From Selaginella moellendorffii (lineage: Eukaryota > Plantae > Lycopodiophyta), in NCBI RefSeq assembly GCF_000143415.4, contig NW_003314393.1, positions 322,169-386,168 of the forward strand: 64,000 nucleotides of DNA, read 5' to 3'. Both the position numbers and the translations under genes were made by a program. Below are positions 12,911 through 25,496 of this stretch, in pieces. How positions within the stretch are numbered: position 1 is the first letter of the stretch; each line of letters opens with the position of its first letter. Below the pieces are notes generated by a model. It made no database searches. It was given only the letters and a program-made list of their open reading frames with translations, and was not told the origin of the DNA.

Positions 12911-13803
12911 CCCGTCCCCAAACACACTCTCAGAAAGGTACACATGATGGTTCATAAGTATGTGCAGTGGGGTGTGCTTGTCATGGGTAGGATCATTGTA
13001 AAGGTTGCATGGCAATCAACAACACATCCACGAGTCCTAGGAGGACTTGGAGTGATCGATCCGAGCGACATGGCAAATGCACTATGGTACAAAATCCTCC
13101 TTATGGGCCTCCAACCAGGTAACCAACCTTGGAGGCTCATGTTCAGATAGAGCTTGTTGGCAATCCGGCCGAGGCACAACACTGCTAGACTGTGGGAGGA
13201 GGATCCACGCTGGCTTTTTGCTGAAGGGCTGAAGCAAGTAGTCAAGGGTGGCACACTGGTTCAAGGGTATCTCAGGCTATGGAGCGAGTTTCCAGTCAGT
13301 AGGGAAATGCCTAGGCACTGTCTCAAGCCTAGAGACTTTGTGGCTCTGCAACGGGACGTGGAGCCAGGCAGGGAACGAGTCAGCTTAGCAGCCTGGACAT
13401 GGGCATTCATGGCCCCAACACCAGCTTGGGAGGATGACAATGTGGAGGTGTGGTTTGTTGTGTCTCCCAAACAGAATATTGGGTGTCCTTTTTGGATTAT
13501 GAGAAGCGACATGCTGCTGCCAACAGGAGATGAACAGGCCATGCCGACAGTGATGGATGATGAAGTCAAGGGTAGGATTCGAGTAGTATGATAGGCCCCG
13601 AGGTAGTTGGTGGTGGTTCAATCAATGGCCACACTACAGAGGGATGGCATTCTTAGATGGTGGCGATAGCAACTCATCGAGGATTTAGATTGGGACCTAG
13701 TAGCATGGAAATGAGGAACAAAGAGCTTTTTCTTGTTTGAAGTCAAGGAAGCACGGGATGGTCTCTTGACTAGTAGGGAGGAAGCCCAAGGGGAGATTCC
13801 CAA

Positions 13804-14886
13804 TGTAGTGCACATGGTTTTGGCCCTTTATCTTATGGTGATTTACCATAGGATAACACCACGAAGCAGAACCTAAACCCTCTTTATGCCACATGATACA
13901 TGCCACGTGTCATATGCCACGTGTCCAGGGACAGTGGTGTGGAACCTAAGGTTCAAGGCTTTGGGCCACTGAACGAAGGAACGGTGCCAAACTCCTAAGC
14001 ATGAAGCCAAGGAGTGACGGAACCAATCCATAGAGCAACTCCCTAGCATACAGCCCAAGGAGTGAAGGGATATGAGCCTGGAGTGACTTGGAATAGTCCT
14101 AGAGTAACCAGCATCCCAATGCCAGGACCAACACGCAAAACGGAGCCAAATGGAGTTTGGTGTTATTTCGGCATACCGGTGGCTTATTGTGAGGATATGG
14201 GTACTCCACCAGCTAGCATAGAATGGAACTTGGGCTAGGCGCAGAACAAGGATAGGCATGTAAGCGGGAGCTAGACTATACCTCAGGTTGGTTGGCCATG
14301 CCCAACCTACACACTATCCCTACTATACATTTGGATTAGAACCCCCAATAACACCCCCCCCCCCCCCCTTGAGGAACACACGCTTAGGGCTTTCACCCCA
14401 AGCTTCCCTTAGTATCAGGGCTTAGTCTCTGAGACAAGCTTAAAACTTACTAACTAAGTATGGAATGGTGCTAGAATGTGAATTTGGACATGGGACGAAC
14501 ACCATTGTGTTCAGGCCGATCTTTACATCCATATNNNNNNNNNNNNNNNNNNNNNNNNNNNNNNNNNNNNNNNNNNNNNNNNNNNNNNNNNNNNNNNNNN
14601 NNNNNNNNNNNNNNNNNNNNNNNNNNNNNNNNNNNNNNNNNNNNNNNNNNNNNNNNNNNNNNNNNNNNNNNNNNNNNNNNNNNNNNNNNNNNNNNNNNNN
14701 NNNNNNNNNNNNNNNNNNNNNNNNNNNNNNNNNNNNNNNNNNNNNNNNNNNNNNNNNNNNNNNNNNNNNNNNNNNNNNNNNNNNNNNNNNNNNNNNNNNN
14801 NNNNNNNNNATCGTGGCAATAAGGAAAGATATTCGAAAGGACTAGCTGACAGGTAACTTTCGACACCCGAAGTCACATTCGCAACA
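13804..14886 (-). repeat. Apparent solo LTR family A with 5-bp TSD CCCAA (contains assembly gap)
   Basis: TG...CA termini. CCCAA at 13799-13803 and 14887-14891. Confidence 0.8.
14535..14809. other. Assembly gap (N run)
   Basis: Run of N bases. Confidence 1.
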
Positions 14887-15899
14887 CCCAAGCTCTAGAA
14901 GAAATGGATTGCACAAGGAGTTGAAGCTAATATAGTGGTGGACAACACACTAGCGTTCTGGAGACTACTGGTAGAGGAGAAAGTCAAGGCCACCGTTTGG
15001 TTGGTGGCAAACAACGGGCTGCTAGTAGGACAGTGTTTTCAAGAGGATGCATGTTGACGATGCAAAGAGTGTGGCGAGCTAGAGATAGCATGCCATGCAC
15101 TTTAGGAATGTGATATGGCAAGAGAGGTATGGCGGCAGATCTTCAAGGTGACGCAGGAATTAGGAGACATTCTAGAGTTTGAGGCTCGGAGCGGGGATAT
15201 CCTCCACTGGTTCGAGGGAGCTAGAGGTCCAGCCATCGGTCCAGCGTGGAGGCACATTCGTCGTCATGGACGACACGGATGGAACATGCGAGTCCAGTGG
15301 GATGCGACAGGGGCTAAAGTCAGGATGTCAGTCTGGGAGGCAATTGGCCACGAGCACTGGTCCATCTAGAGAGCGACTGGAGTGCAAGCACTTTGGGAGG
15401 CATGGAACCATTGTCACTTTGACGGGCAACAAGCGAGGATATCGGCACTTGTGGCATTGTGGTGGAGACTCACTCTTGCAGTGCTGCATCTTCATTACAC
15501 CATCCTAAAAGAGTGGGCAAATGCGAGGCAACTTGAGGAGTGGAGGTCCTGGTGGCTCCCATACTTCGGCAAAATGGTAGGCGGCGAGATTCGCTGGCAG
15601 TGGCACCCCCATAACTCTGTTGGGGCTGGGTAGTTTTTGAGCTGAGCTCACGAGCTGAGCTCAAGTCAATGAAAGTCAACGAAAGTCAACGGAAGTCAAT
15701 ACAATCCCCTAACTAGCGAAAGTTTAATGGCACTACCTTAGTTCGTCCTGAACCAAGAATTTTTAACATAAAATCTAGGTGTTTAAGGTATTCCATAAGC
15801 TCATGTAGATTATTGGTTCGACATGAACTAATCTTTTAGTCTACAAAAAAAGAAAATAATATATTAAACAATATAATTTATATTAAAATCAGAATATAT

Positions 15900-18800
15900 T
15901 CAATCTTCTTCTGCTTCCATATCCAGAAAAGTAGAAATGGGTATAGTGGAATGCTCCTTCACTATAGGCTCGTGTTGTATGTAATGTTGTGCCATACGTT
16001 CAGCATAAATAGGTAAGTGGAATTGACTTTGGTCCATATGATCATCCATATCATCAAGATCAAGCGTGTGGACTGAAACACTGTGTGTGATAAGTGTAGA
16101 CCTAATAAAATAGAAACATTTGAGAATAAATATTATAGATTATTTCAAGCACTAACATCACCTGTCGCAAAATCTCCTAAGAATGTCCTCAAAGGCACCC
16201 TCCTTCTCAAGTGCAAAAACCGCTCGGCCTGTCTCTTTTGCTGCCTGCACCATTGATCCAAATCCTGCTGTAGCATCAAGCACAATCCCCTTTGGCGGAC
16301 AAAATAACTCCAACAAGATTTGCATGGCCGTGACCGAACGATGTCGATAACCAGGGAACGCTGGGTGAAGAACGTCCGAGTCAATCACATTTGGGATGAT
16401 GTCTGTAGAGCTGTCATATCCTGGTAAAGCAAGAGCAGCACGCTCGTCAGCTCGTGTGGCATTACGCCGGTTCCCAATGTGGCATAGAGCATGGTAGTTC
16501 CAGGAATAAATCTGGAAAAAAAAAATAGAATAGAGTTAATTTATAGATAAAGAAGTCACACACCTTTCGCGTCTGCCTGCTAGTGCCTTTTGTGTCCACC
16601 GCCATACTCGAAAGAAGGCAGCCAGATGAAAACTCAACAAATCCATCATCGTTGTCAGCCAAGTGTGCGAGAAGGCCTTCCCACATTAGAGAGCGAGGAA
16701 GGATCATGACAACCACACCCTCGTATGTCATGAAGCTGCTCGCAACCTTTAAGGCTTGGGAAATGTGTTGGGCCTGCAACACATTCCATGACGGAGTATC
16801 CCCCTGTGGTGGTGCCATCCCATCGGGAAGATCAAAAAAGATGAAATCGATCTTCCCATAAGGTGTGAGCTGACCCAAACCATGGATCCACCGATCAAGC
16901 ATGTAGAGCTCCCGACTAGTAGCATCTAAAAGCTGTGTGTAATCCCCAATGAGAATAGCAACTTCCCCAACACTGGCCGTTGGGGATAGAGGGCGAACCT
17001 GAAAATCAATTATTAGAACTAAAAGTTGAAGATAAAATTCATGCTTACTAACCTGTTTATGCATCGCTGCAGAGGAGAGCTCTTCTAGGTCGTCATCTGT
17101 AGCCGTAGGGAGGGATGGGAAGAATGTCTTAGTCCGCCGAAAAGACTGATGGCTGCTCTCTGCAACATCTATAAAAAAAAAAGTGAAGTCAAGAATGAAT
17201 AAAAGAATGTTCCAAATCAAAGTCCTTACTCTCATGAAAGGTTTCATGACGGCCCCTTCGGGGGTTGCGAGGAGCAGGTACTGGAATCTCTTGTGCTGGA
17301 ATTTCCTGTACAATTTCCTCTGGTTCAACAGTATTTGGATTTGGCATGGTTTCCTGAGTGCTGACTTCTAGGTTTAGTTGTTGAACTTCAACAATGTCGT
17401 TATCATAGTCAGAAAGAGCCTCTGGAAAATAAGAATATAACTCAAGGTTAATATTTCCTAGCTAAGTGCTGAGTTTCAAGTGAACCTGGATGACATTCAA
17501 GGTAGAGATCTAGCTCGAAGTCCGATGTTGGCATCTGCTCCACGAGTTCAAGGTACCACAGGCATAGCTCCCTCTCATGTGTACAAGGACAGTAGAACTC
17601 TGGCTCATACATCCCAAGCTTCTTGCCTCTAGTCAGGAGCTTCTGCAAAACACCGGTTGTGTATACCGGTGCGCCGGGGCTATATTTTAAATATCTACAA
17701 AGTAAAACAAAAATATAAATACCAATATATAAATGAGAATTGAAAAAATACCTGTAAACCATGCGCCTCGCAAGAAATGGTTGTCCTGGTTGGTTCTTGA
17801 ACTCAGCCGAACTCGTCCCACCACGTGGAAGCCAACCATTCCCTAGCTCCGCAAGACAAGCACGAATATATTCTTCGAGAGTGATACCTGTGCGGGTGCT
17901 GGAAAGAAACTTCTCATCCCAGACTTGTAGCATCTCCTCACCAGCGGCAATACTCTGAGAAATGTACGCCTTCTCCTTCATCACCTTCTCCATCCTTATC
18001 TCGCAGCGTTTTTCGTTATTTCGCAGCCAAGTGTTGAGAAGTTCCAAGCAGACACTTTGTTCAGCAAAGGACATTTTACTCTTAGAGATGTTGTAAATGA
18101 GTTCCTCCGGTGCTTTACCAGTTCCTACACACACAAAGAGTTATGAAATGTTTCACAAATTTTATAAGAACTTACGAACGCGAGAACAAATCTCGGCAAT
18201 GCTATCAAGCCATTCCTGCCCGCGTCGTATGTCTGCAATCGAGAGCAACTTTTTCACCTTTGTTCTCTTCGTATTCAAAATTCGCTACTCAATCGCATGC
18301 CACTCCATCTCCTTCTGCTGCTCGTCCCCTCGAGCATTTTTAAAGAATGACGCTCTTTCTCCTTTGATTATGGGCTGCAAGAAACATTATGTAAGTTGAT
18401 ACATACTTCAATAATAATTTACCTTCGCCCAGACAGCAACTAGAAAATCAAGTGGCAGTTGGTACCAAGTCTGCAATTCTTGGCCTTTCCTAGCTCCTAG
18501 CTTCACTCGAATTGCTTCAAATACCTCACGATTGTACAACGTTTGGACCTCCTCTAGCGAGAGCATGCCCATAAACCGAAGGTGCTCAATGTCATGTACC
18601 AATGTATGAGCTTGAAACGCAAATTGGTTTAGCCTGCAAAAACACGATATTAGCTAAGTTTACAAAAAATAAATTCTTACATGTTGATCTTATGGCATGC
18701 CATGTTGAGCTTCACAGTGTGCTCCCGAGTCATTGGTTCGACAAGTGTGACTGGAACACTAATGTGTCGTTCTTCGTCATCTCGGAACTTCTCTTGAATG

Positions 18801-19749
18801 CACTTCCAAAATGCCAGCCACCTATGGTTTCCATCGATCACCCAAAAGAGCTTTCCAATGAACCCTGCTGTCTCCACATGTTGTCCTAAGAATCCATCAA
18901 ACTCACGAGACTTTCGCAGCCATATAGGATCCCATTTTTCCTCAAGTTCAGTAGTCACTGACTCTGTCCGGCCGGTTCCAGGGAAAGTTGGTGAAACGAT
19001 GAAGGTACCAGCTGTGCTCCCAAACCCGACCTCGGCAAAGGAGCTGTAGATAGCCATGTTGAGGTCGTAAGCTGAGCGCACCCAATGGCTTTGAACCAAT
19101 CGGCACAAAGGAACTAGAAATCGATGAGGGCCATTCCACGCCATTTCCTGTAACACTTTACTGACTGTCCGTTCTTGAGCTTGGATAATTGTGTCCCGAA
19201 CACGATCATTCAAGATGGTGTCAGAATCATGCATGCATAATCCCTCACCACCATTAGCTCCCCCTGCACCACCAGCCTGAGGAGCAGTAGGAGCAGCTAC
19301 CATGCCCCCAGTAGCCTCTGTAGTAGATCCACCTACAACGCTACCAATAACGTCCTCAGCTGGTTCATTGACCTGGCCGCGAGCAGCCTCAGCAACCGAA
19401 GGCATAGCACCCCCACCACCGCCAACATCAGATGCAAGTACCCCACCACCAGTACCCGCAGCCTCAGGAACACCAGTACCAACAGCCTCAATAACACCAA
19501 CATCGATTTGAGTGTTCATCTCAACATCCACGTCATTGTTATACTCATCGTTGCCTCCAGCATGACTAGCCGAAACTTCATTAGATACTTGAGATGAATC
19601 TCCACTCAATCGGCCAAGCCCACAGCGATCAAGGCGGCTGCCTTTTCCTGGAGATCGAGACCATTGAGGTTGGCCTCGGCGCTTCCTCTAAAATAAAAAG
19701 CAAAACTATTAAAACATCTAACTTGTAATGTAAAGCAAACCTGTGGCAT
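15900..19749 (-). CDS. Transposon accessory gene: ParB/Srx-like domain + beta-class N6-adenine/N4-cytosine DNA methyltransferase (~1100 aa, 11 exons; one in-frame TAG at 18285-18287)
   Basis: Hand-spliced exons 19741-19749, 18681-19687, 18423-18633, 18176-18374, 17752-18124, 17486-17694, 17230-17421, 17053-17168, 16564-16998, 16162-16511, 15900-16101 (all GT-AG; 3303 nt, in frame). ParB-like FWVIDGNHRWLAF. MTase IDFIFFDLPDG precedes HPAFPGYRHRS..LLELFCPPKGIVLDATAGFGS..AAKETGRAVFALE. Confidence 0.8.
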
Positions 19750-19891
19750 TTGAAGTTCAAGTCCCTTTTTGGAAGTTTCAAGCAGTCAAGTTTGATTTAT
19801 ATCTGCTCTCACAAGAAAAGTTTGTAAGTAAAAGATGTGAAAAATAGATTGTAAACTACAAGAAATGCAAAGGAAAAAAACATAAGTCACT

Positions 19892-20427
19892 GGGAGAGGT
19901 TGGTTCGCGCGAGAACTGACCTCACCCTACCTCTCAAGAAAAAGGAAAAACACAACAAGAATACGGGAGAGGTCGGTTCGCGCAAGAACCGACATCTTCC
20001 ACCCTCTAATTTTCACATGAAATGCCCCATCAAGTCAATGAAATAAAAAAAAAAACCTTGAAGATGTCGGTTCGCACAAGAACCGACATTTCAATCTCTC
20101 TCTGTTTTCTAAAATATAGAAATCTCACCACTAGAAACATGAAAAAAATCAAGAAAGCTCGCTTCTAGAAAAAATAAAGGTGGGGAGACGTCGGTTCGCG
20201 CGCGAACCGATCTTTCCCACCCCTTCAACAAGGAAAAAAAAAAAAAAACGAGGTAGAGATGGGCAAAAAGCTAAATAGAAAATGAAATAGAATGCTAGGA
20301 GATGTCGGTTCGCACAAGAACCGACATCTCTATCCCTCAAGAGAAAACAAAAGTTGAGAAAATAGAAACTTCTAATGGAAGAAAGAAAGTGAGGAGACGT
20401 CGGTTCGCACGCAAACCGACCTTCTCA
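19892..20427. repeat. Array of six spaced palindromes (core GTCGGTTC-N6-GAACCGAC) in the divergent promoter region
   Basis: GGTTC cores at 19902, 19975, 20069, 20193, 20307 and 20402, separated by A-rich non-repeated spacers. Confidence 0.9.
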
Positions 20428-20910
20428 AGGAAGCATACCTTGTTTGAGGAGCGTCTTGAAGCACATTTCTTGATTGAAGCGCCTTTCTCTCGCCCTTCCC
20501 TGCTCAAGCGCGCGAAAAAACCGCGCACGAACCAACCTTTTCGAGCTTGAGTCTCTCTCACTTGTCACAAAAGAATGAAACTCTCTTGAAGGGAAGAGAG
20601 CATGGAGATGAGAGGGAGAACAAAAAATCAATGCTACAACTTTTGTGATTGATTGGCGCTTCTCACTCATAACCACATTCATTTCAACATTATTATTCCT
20701 CTCACAATCAATTATACAATTAATATGGGCGGCTCTTTAAGATTCTCATATCTCTCTAGATTCTAAACGGTTGTATATTTTGTTAAAATAATTAACTTGT
20801 CCTTTGCAAGGACATAGCTAATTAATGCTCACAATACAGAAGAATATCTTTGTTCTTTCTTGTCAGTTTCTCCCCAAATTTTTTTCTAAGTGCTCGAGCA
20901 AGGAGAAGAT

Positions 20911-23900
20911 ATGAGAGAATTCTATTTGAAGTTCGATCAAGAGCCTCCAATTGTTTTCTCTAGGAGTGTTATAGGAGAGACCTTCCTCTGCAGAAGATTC
21001 AAGCTGAAGCCAGGATCAGTTAGTTTGGAGAATGTATGTCGTGATAAGGGTAATCAGATAGAAAAATCCATTCTTCTCGACAGTGGTGTGGGAGAGAATG
21101 GGATTCAATGGGATCTTGATAGATGTACAGGTCAAGAGATTCTAGTTACAGGATCTCCGAAGCGAGGAGAGGAGAGCGCATCAGTTTCACAGCCAACTGT
21201 GCAAAGAGTGAAGGATGAAGTTATTATTCTCTCCAGTGACGAAAATGAAGAAGATGAGCTTCCTGACATAGCTTCCCAGACAAGTAGGTGTGTTCCTTCT
21301 GGACCAGTTTTTGAAGTGGTGGATAAGGCATTTCGGCAATCTCGATCATTACGGTTGGAATTGAAGGAGTTCCAGTACATGAGAGGTGAGGAGCTTCCTT
21401 CTTCCTATAATGGGAATATATTCTTCGAGTTTCCACCAGCAAGTTCGTCAAGCAGGAAAAGGGGTATGGAAACACGTCTTGATCCACATAATTGGTGCAG
21501 AGTAAAGACGACCCACTTCTCTCATTTCGATGGATCTGTGTCCATAGTCCATTGCGGTGGACAGCTTCAGTGTGTCGCTGAGAAATGCATTTCTGATCAT
21601 GGCAAGAATATGTGTTTCTTTGAAGGCTCAGCAATCAATCCCCCTAGGCGTGATGAAGTTGCTACAGGATTTAGATGTCGCAAATGCGGGGCAACACCTG
21701 TGTGTCAAGCATGTTGCGATGCGAAAATGTATTATTTTCTTCCACGGGATGGATGTTTAGGCAGAGCAGCAGTGCATATTGGATACCACCAACACGCAAT
21801 TGAGGAAGGAATCCGCCGTGATTCTTTTCGCAATTTGAAGACTGCTGTTACTACAGAGGCTAGGAAGAAAAGTGCAGCAACTCCAAAGTGTGTTCAACAG
21901 TCTATACTAAAGGACTATGTGGTGGACATGTTGTTACAATCTGATAGCCAAAAAGAGTTCACGGAGAATAGCTTGAAGGACCTACTTCGAAATATAGAAC
22001 CTATGACAAATTTAAACAGGTATAAAATTAACACTTAACTCTACTTTATCACTAATAACACTCTTTTTTTTTGTAGAATAAAGAACTGGATGCGAGAAGG
22101 GCGAGATGGAAAGCTTCAATCTGGATTGGATGGGATTTTGGAGCTAAAGAGAAAATGTCCCTATGAGTTTATTCATGGGAGCTTATTCGTTGGCCAAGTG
22201 ACTTCGAACAATCAACGCCCTTTCATCTTTAAGATGTCTACCCTTGGTCCTGCTTCTGGTGTGGACCTTGTACAACGAATGGATATGGATGGAGATGGGG
22301 ATTTAGCTAATTCCTGGATCCATTTTGACCATATGGAACGAGTTTCAGGCTGGTCAACAATGGGAGCTCATGTTTATGATCACAAGTAAGTGGCTTTTCA
22401 TTTTTTAAGGATCTATACCAATTTACATTATAACCATTCCTTTTATAGGTTGCAGTGCAATTTGACTATAGCTATAGCCGAATTCAAAGTTCAAGATTTT
22501 CAAGCACAAACCATCTTTTGGACATGTATGTCCGAGGTTGTTGAACAGCGAACCGGGAAGAAACCCAACTTCCGTGGTTTCATGGCAGATGCAGCTGGTG
22601 CTAACTGGTTGGCTGTACGACAAGTATTCGGAGGTGATAAAAGTCAGCCATTACAAGGTAGAGAGAAGAGTTGTGAGTTTCATTGGGCAAAGAGCGTCAA
22701 TGAACATTGCCGATGCATCAAGTCTACCTTCCATCACGAGTTCAAGCAGCTTTGTCGGAAATGGATGGATGCACCAACTAAAGAGGAGCACGAGGCAAAG
22801 GCAAATGAAATGCGCATATGGTGGCGTGAAGGAGACAAAGTGCCAATTGAAAACCTTCCACAAATGGAATGCTGGCTTGCATGGTGGGAAGTTCGAATGT
22901 TTCAGTGGGGTCATTATACTCTCCATGTAAGCTTTCTCTCATTTTCTTTCTTGTCACATTCAAATGTTGCATTTTTTGTAGGATCAACCACTTGATGATA
23001 TTGCACTTACACCAACAATTAATCTCTCTGAGAGCAAACATTGGAGTTGGAGAGCTTCCGAAGCAGGGAAGGGAAAAGTGTCCCTCTATGAAGCTACACT
23101 CTCCGACCTCACTAGATCTCTTGAGCAATCATCAAAAGCTTTGGCTGCACAGGAAGCAAGGTTTGCTGGTACAGGTCCGAACTTAGACAGGCTTCAAGAG
23201 CGGGTTGGTAGAAGGACAACACCAGCAGCAGGGTCAATGTCCAAGATGGTGGAGGAAGTTGTTGCTGGAACTCCTATGAAATCAAGTTATGAGCCACTTG
23301 GGGACATGAGAACAGCCCGTATGAAGCGTCGACAGACATTTGATGGGTCAAACATCACTCCTTCTAGCTCTCACCGTCCAGAGTTTGACTACCATTCTGT
23401 TCCACGACACCGGAAAAGAACTAAGGAACATGGAGTGGAGGAGGTGCCAGAGGTTAGTGCCAGAATGGTAAAGGTTATTTCTCGCGAGCCAGTTTCTCGT
23501 ATCAACTGGGCAATTCGAAGAGTCAGTGCCAAGTGCAATGCACGTTGCTCTGGAATGATTGGGAGTCGAGGTCAGTGTCTCGCTTTTGTGTGCTCAGGTT
23601 CAAGTTCTTCAGCAGTGCCATGTTTTTGGGGCTGTCGAGATCTAGGAGTGAAGGGCCGCCAGTCAAGCTGGATTTACTGTTGTGGGACTGATGTTACTCA
23701 TACAAGCCAGATCCACAGCTCAATTATTTTGAAGCCAGATTCTGTGCCAAATGAGTGGCCAGTTGAGCGAAGCTGCAATCTTTTGAAAGAAGAGATTGAA
23801 AGTCTGGAGAGAGCAGGTTTCAAGCTAAAGACTTCCTCAAATGTTGCTATTAGTACTGCTATGCCACCAATATCAACACTAGACCGGCATACACGACCAG

Positions 23901-24259
23901 CTAGGAATGGGAAGGCTATACAATACAGGTCTTCCATTTCGAAAGGTGCACAAGAGAAGATCAAGTTGGCAAAAGAGCTAAAGTGCACAATCACAAAGAC
24001 AAACTACATCAGTGCTATGGCTAAGGAGTTTATTATTGTGACTGAGTCATCAAAGGGTACGAGCTACACTGTTAAAATCTGCGAAAATCCATCCTGTACC
24101 TGTCCAGATTTTACACAGCGGGAGAACAGGGGAAAGGTATATTTAGCCTGCAAGCACATCTATTACATTTTTATGCAGGAACTAAACCAAGATCCTAAGA
24201 TCGACCATCACATCCACCAGGCAAGCCTTACAGTTGCGGAGCTTGAGAAGTGTTTTTAG
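20911..24259 (+). CDS. Mutator-superfamily DDE transposase with WRKY/GCM-like Zn domain and C-terminal SWIM finger (>=1057 aa; true start may be further upstream)
   Basis: Exons 20911-22019, 22077-22385, 22449-22926, 22982-24259 splice in frame without stops. Motifs IHFDH, FMADAAGANW, CEFHW (CxxH), TINLSES, and SWIM CTCPDF...CKHIYY. Confidence 0.85.
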
Positions 24260-24694
24260 ATTGCTTTTAGTGTTCGGATCTATATTTATATTTGTATTTT
24301 ATTAGTCGAATTTACTTGGAAATATAGATTAAATCAAAATTTGAAGAATGGAAAGATGTTGGTTCGGGACGAACCAATGTTTTTCTTGTGTTTGAGAAGC
24401 CGTGAGCTCAGCTCATGAGCTCAGCTCGTGAGCTCATGAGCTCAAAACCTACCCGGGCTCACTCTGTTCTACGCTCAGCACGTGGGGGAGACTTGGATAT
24501 TGACACGATTTGACTGAGACGACCTCATCCACTACTACTCCAGGACTAGGTCCAGCTGCAATATCAGAGGATCACGTAGAGTAGCTCTGAACGTGTATGT
24601 ACATTCCCCATGTCCCAAAGGGACTAATACAAAAATTGGGCATGCTACCCTCTCAGTGCGATATTGTTGAATTGCAGCACTGCGGGGTGTCTTT

Positions 24695-24742
24695 AACCCT
24701 AAATGCCTAAATGCGCCTAAACCCTAAACCCTAAAACCTAAA
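24695..24742 (-). repeat. Short degenerate interstitial telomeric repeat (CCCTAAA)
   Basis: AACCCTAAATGCCTAAATGCGCCTAAACCCTAAACCCTAAAACCTAAA. Confidence 0.75.
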
Positions 24743-25496
24743 CGGGTATGTACAACTGACACAAGCATCGTGGACATAATGCATGCATCCATATCCTTAA
24801 ATTTTTATGGTAAACATTGCTTTCCATTTCTTTAATGATGACTTTGCATAACTAAAATAGTAGCTGAGGTATCACTAGTCCTTGGTAGCTGCTGTAACAT
24901 TTCCTTTCTTGGTGGTCTTCATTTGCAACACCATTTCCAATTTGATAAAGGTACCCAAGGTAACAGCAGCAGTGATCATTAGTCCCAACAGTGAGATAAG
25001 TGACACAAACACCTCAAATATGACACATAATTAAAGAAAAAAAATGTTTAACAAAATTAAAGACATTTGAAACTTATAGCGTACGTTAAAGATTTATTTA
25101 TTTATAAGTAAGATGATACACCACATTATTATCGTAATTTGTAATGAACTTATCAAAGATGTATACCAATCACCTCAAATGAAACCAAATAAAAACACAC
25201 TAAGTTTTTTAAAGTGCTATGTTAAATATCTTAATATAAAAATTATAAAACATAAATAAACAACTTCTATTGCAATTACTATAAAAAAAAATTTAGTTTT
25301 CTTCTAAATTTATTTTAACATATGTCTTTTATAGCATAACATGATAGTATCAAAGAATGTTATCAAATTTTAAAAAGCAATATTGGATAAGAATAATAAT
25401 ATAGAGCAATTTTTTGTATTAAGGCAATTATAATTAGTTCTCAGCTGTTAGATCTTAAGCATATGCTTAGAATAAGTATTGGCTTTTACATTTAAC

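Larger units (their letters stand above)
15628..24454. mobile_element. Full-length Mutator-like DNA transposon (8.8 kb) with two divergent genes
   Basis: Termini GGGTAGTTTTTGAGCT... / ...AGCTCAAAACCTACCC with GAGCTCA subterminal repeats. GGGCT at 15623-15627 and 24455-24459. Interrupts a LINE. Confidence 0.9.
12960..24600 (+). mobile_element. Old LINE ORF2 remnant split by a solo LTR and the Mutator-like element (pieces ~12960-13803, 14887-15627, 24455-~24600)
   Basis: KVAWQSTTHPRVLGGLGVID and a decayed zf-RVT (CKECGELE..CHAL.ECDMAREVW). Many stops. Outer limits approximate. Confidence 0.65.

Noticed and set aside
14465-14891. ORFs spanning poly-X
   Set aside because: Artefacts of the N gap.
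15900-19749. Bacterial/phage contamination as source of the ParB-MTase
   Set aside because: Ten spliceosomal introns, inside a TIR element with TSD nested in a plant LINE.
19892-20427. CRISPR array
   Set aside because: Eukaryotic context, no cas genes, degenerate repeats, and low-complexity A-rich spacers of very uneven length.
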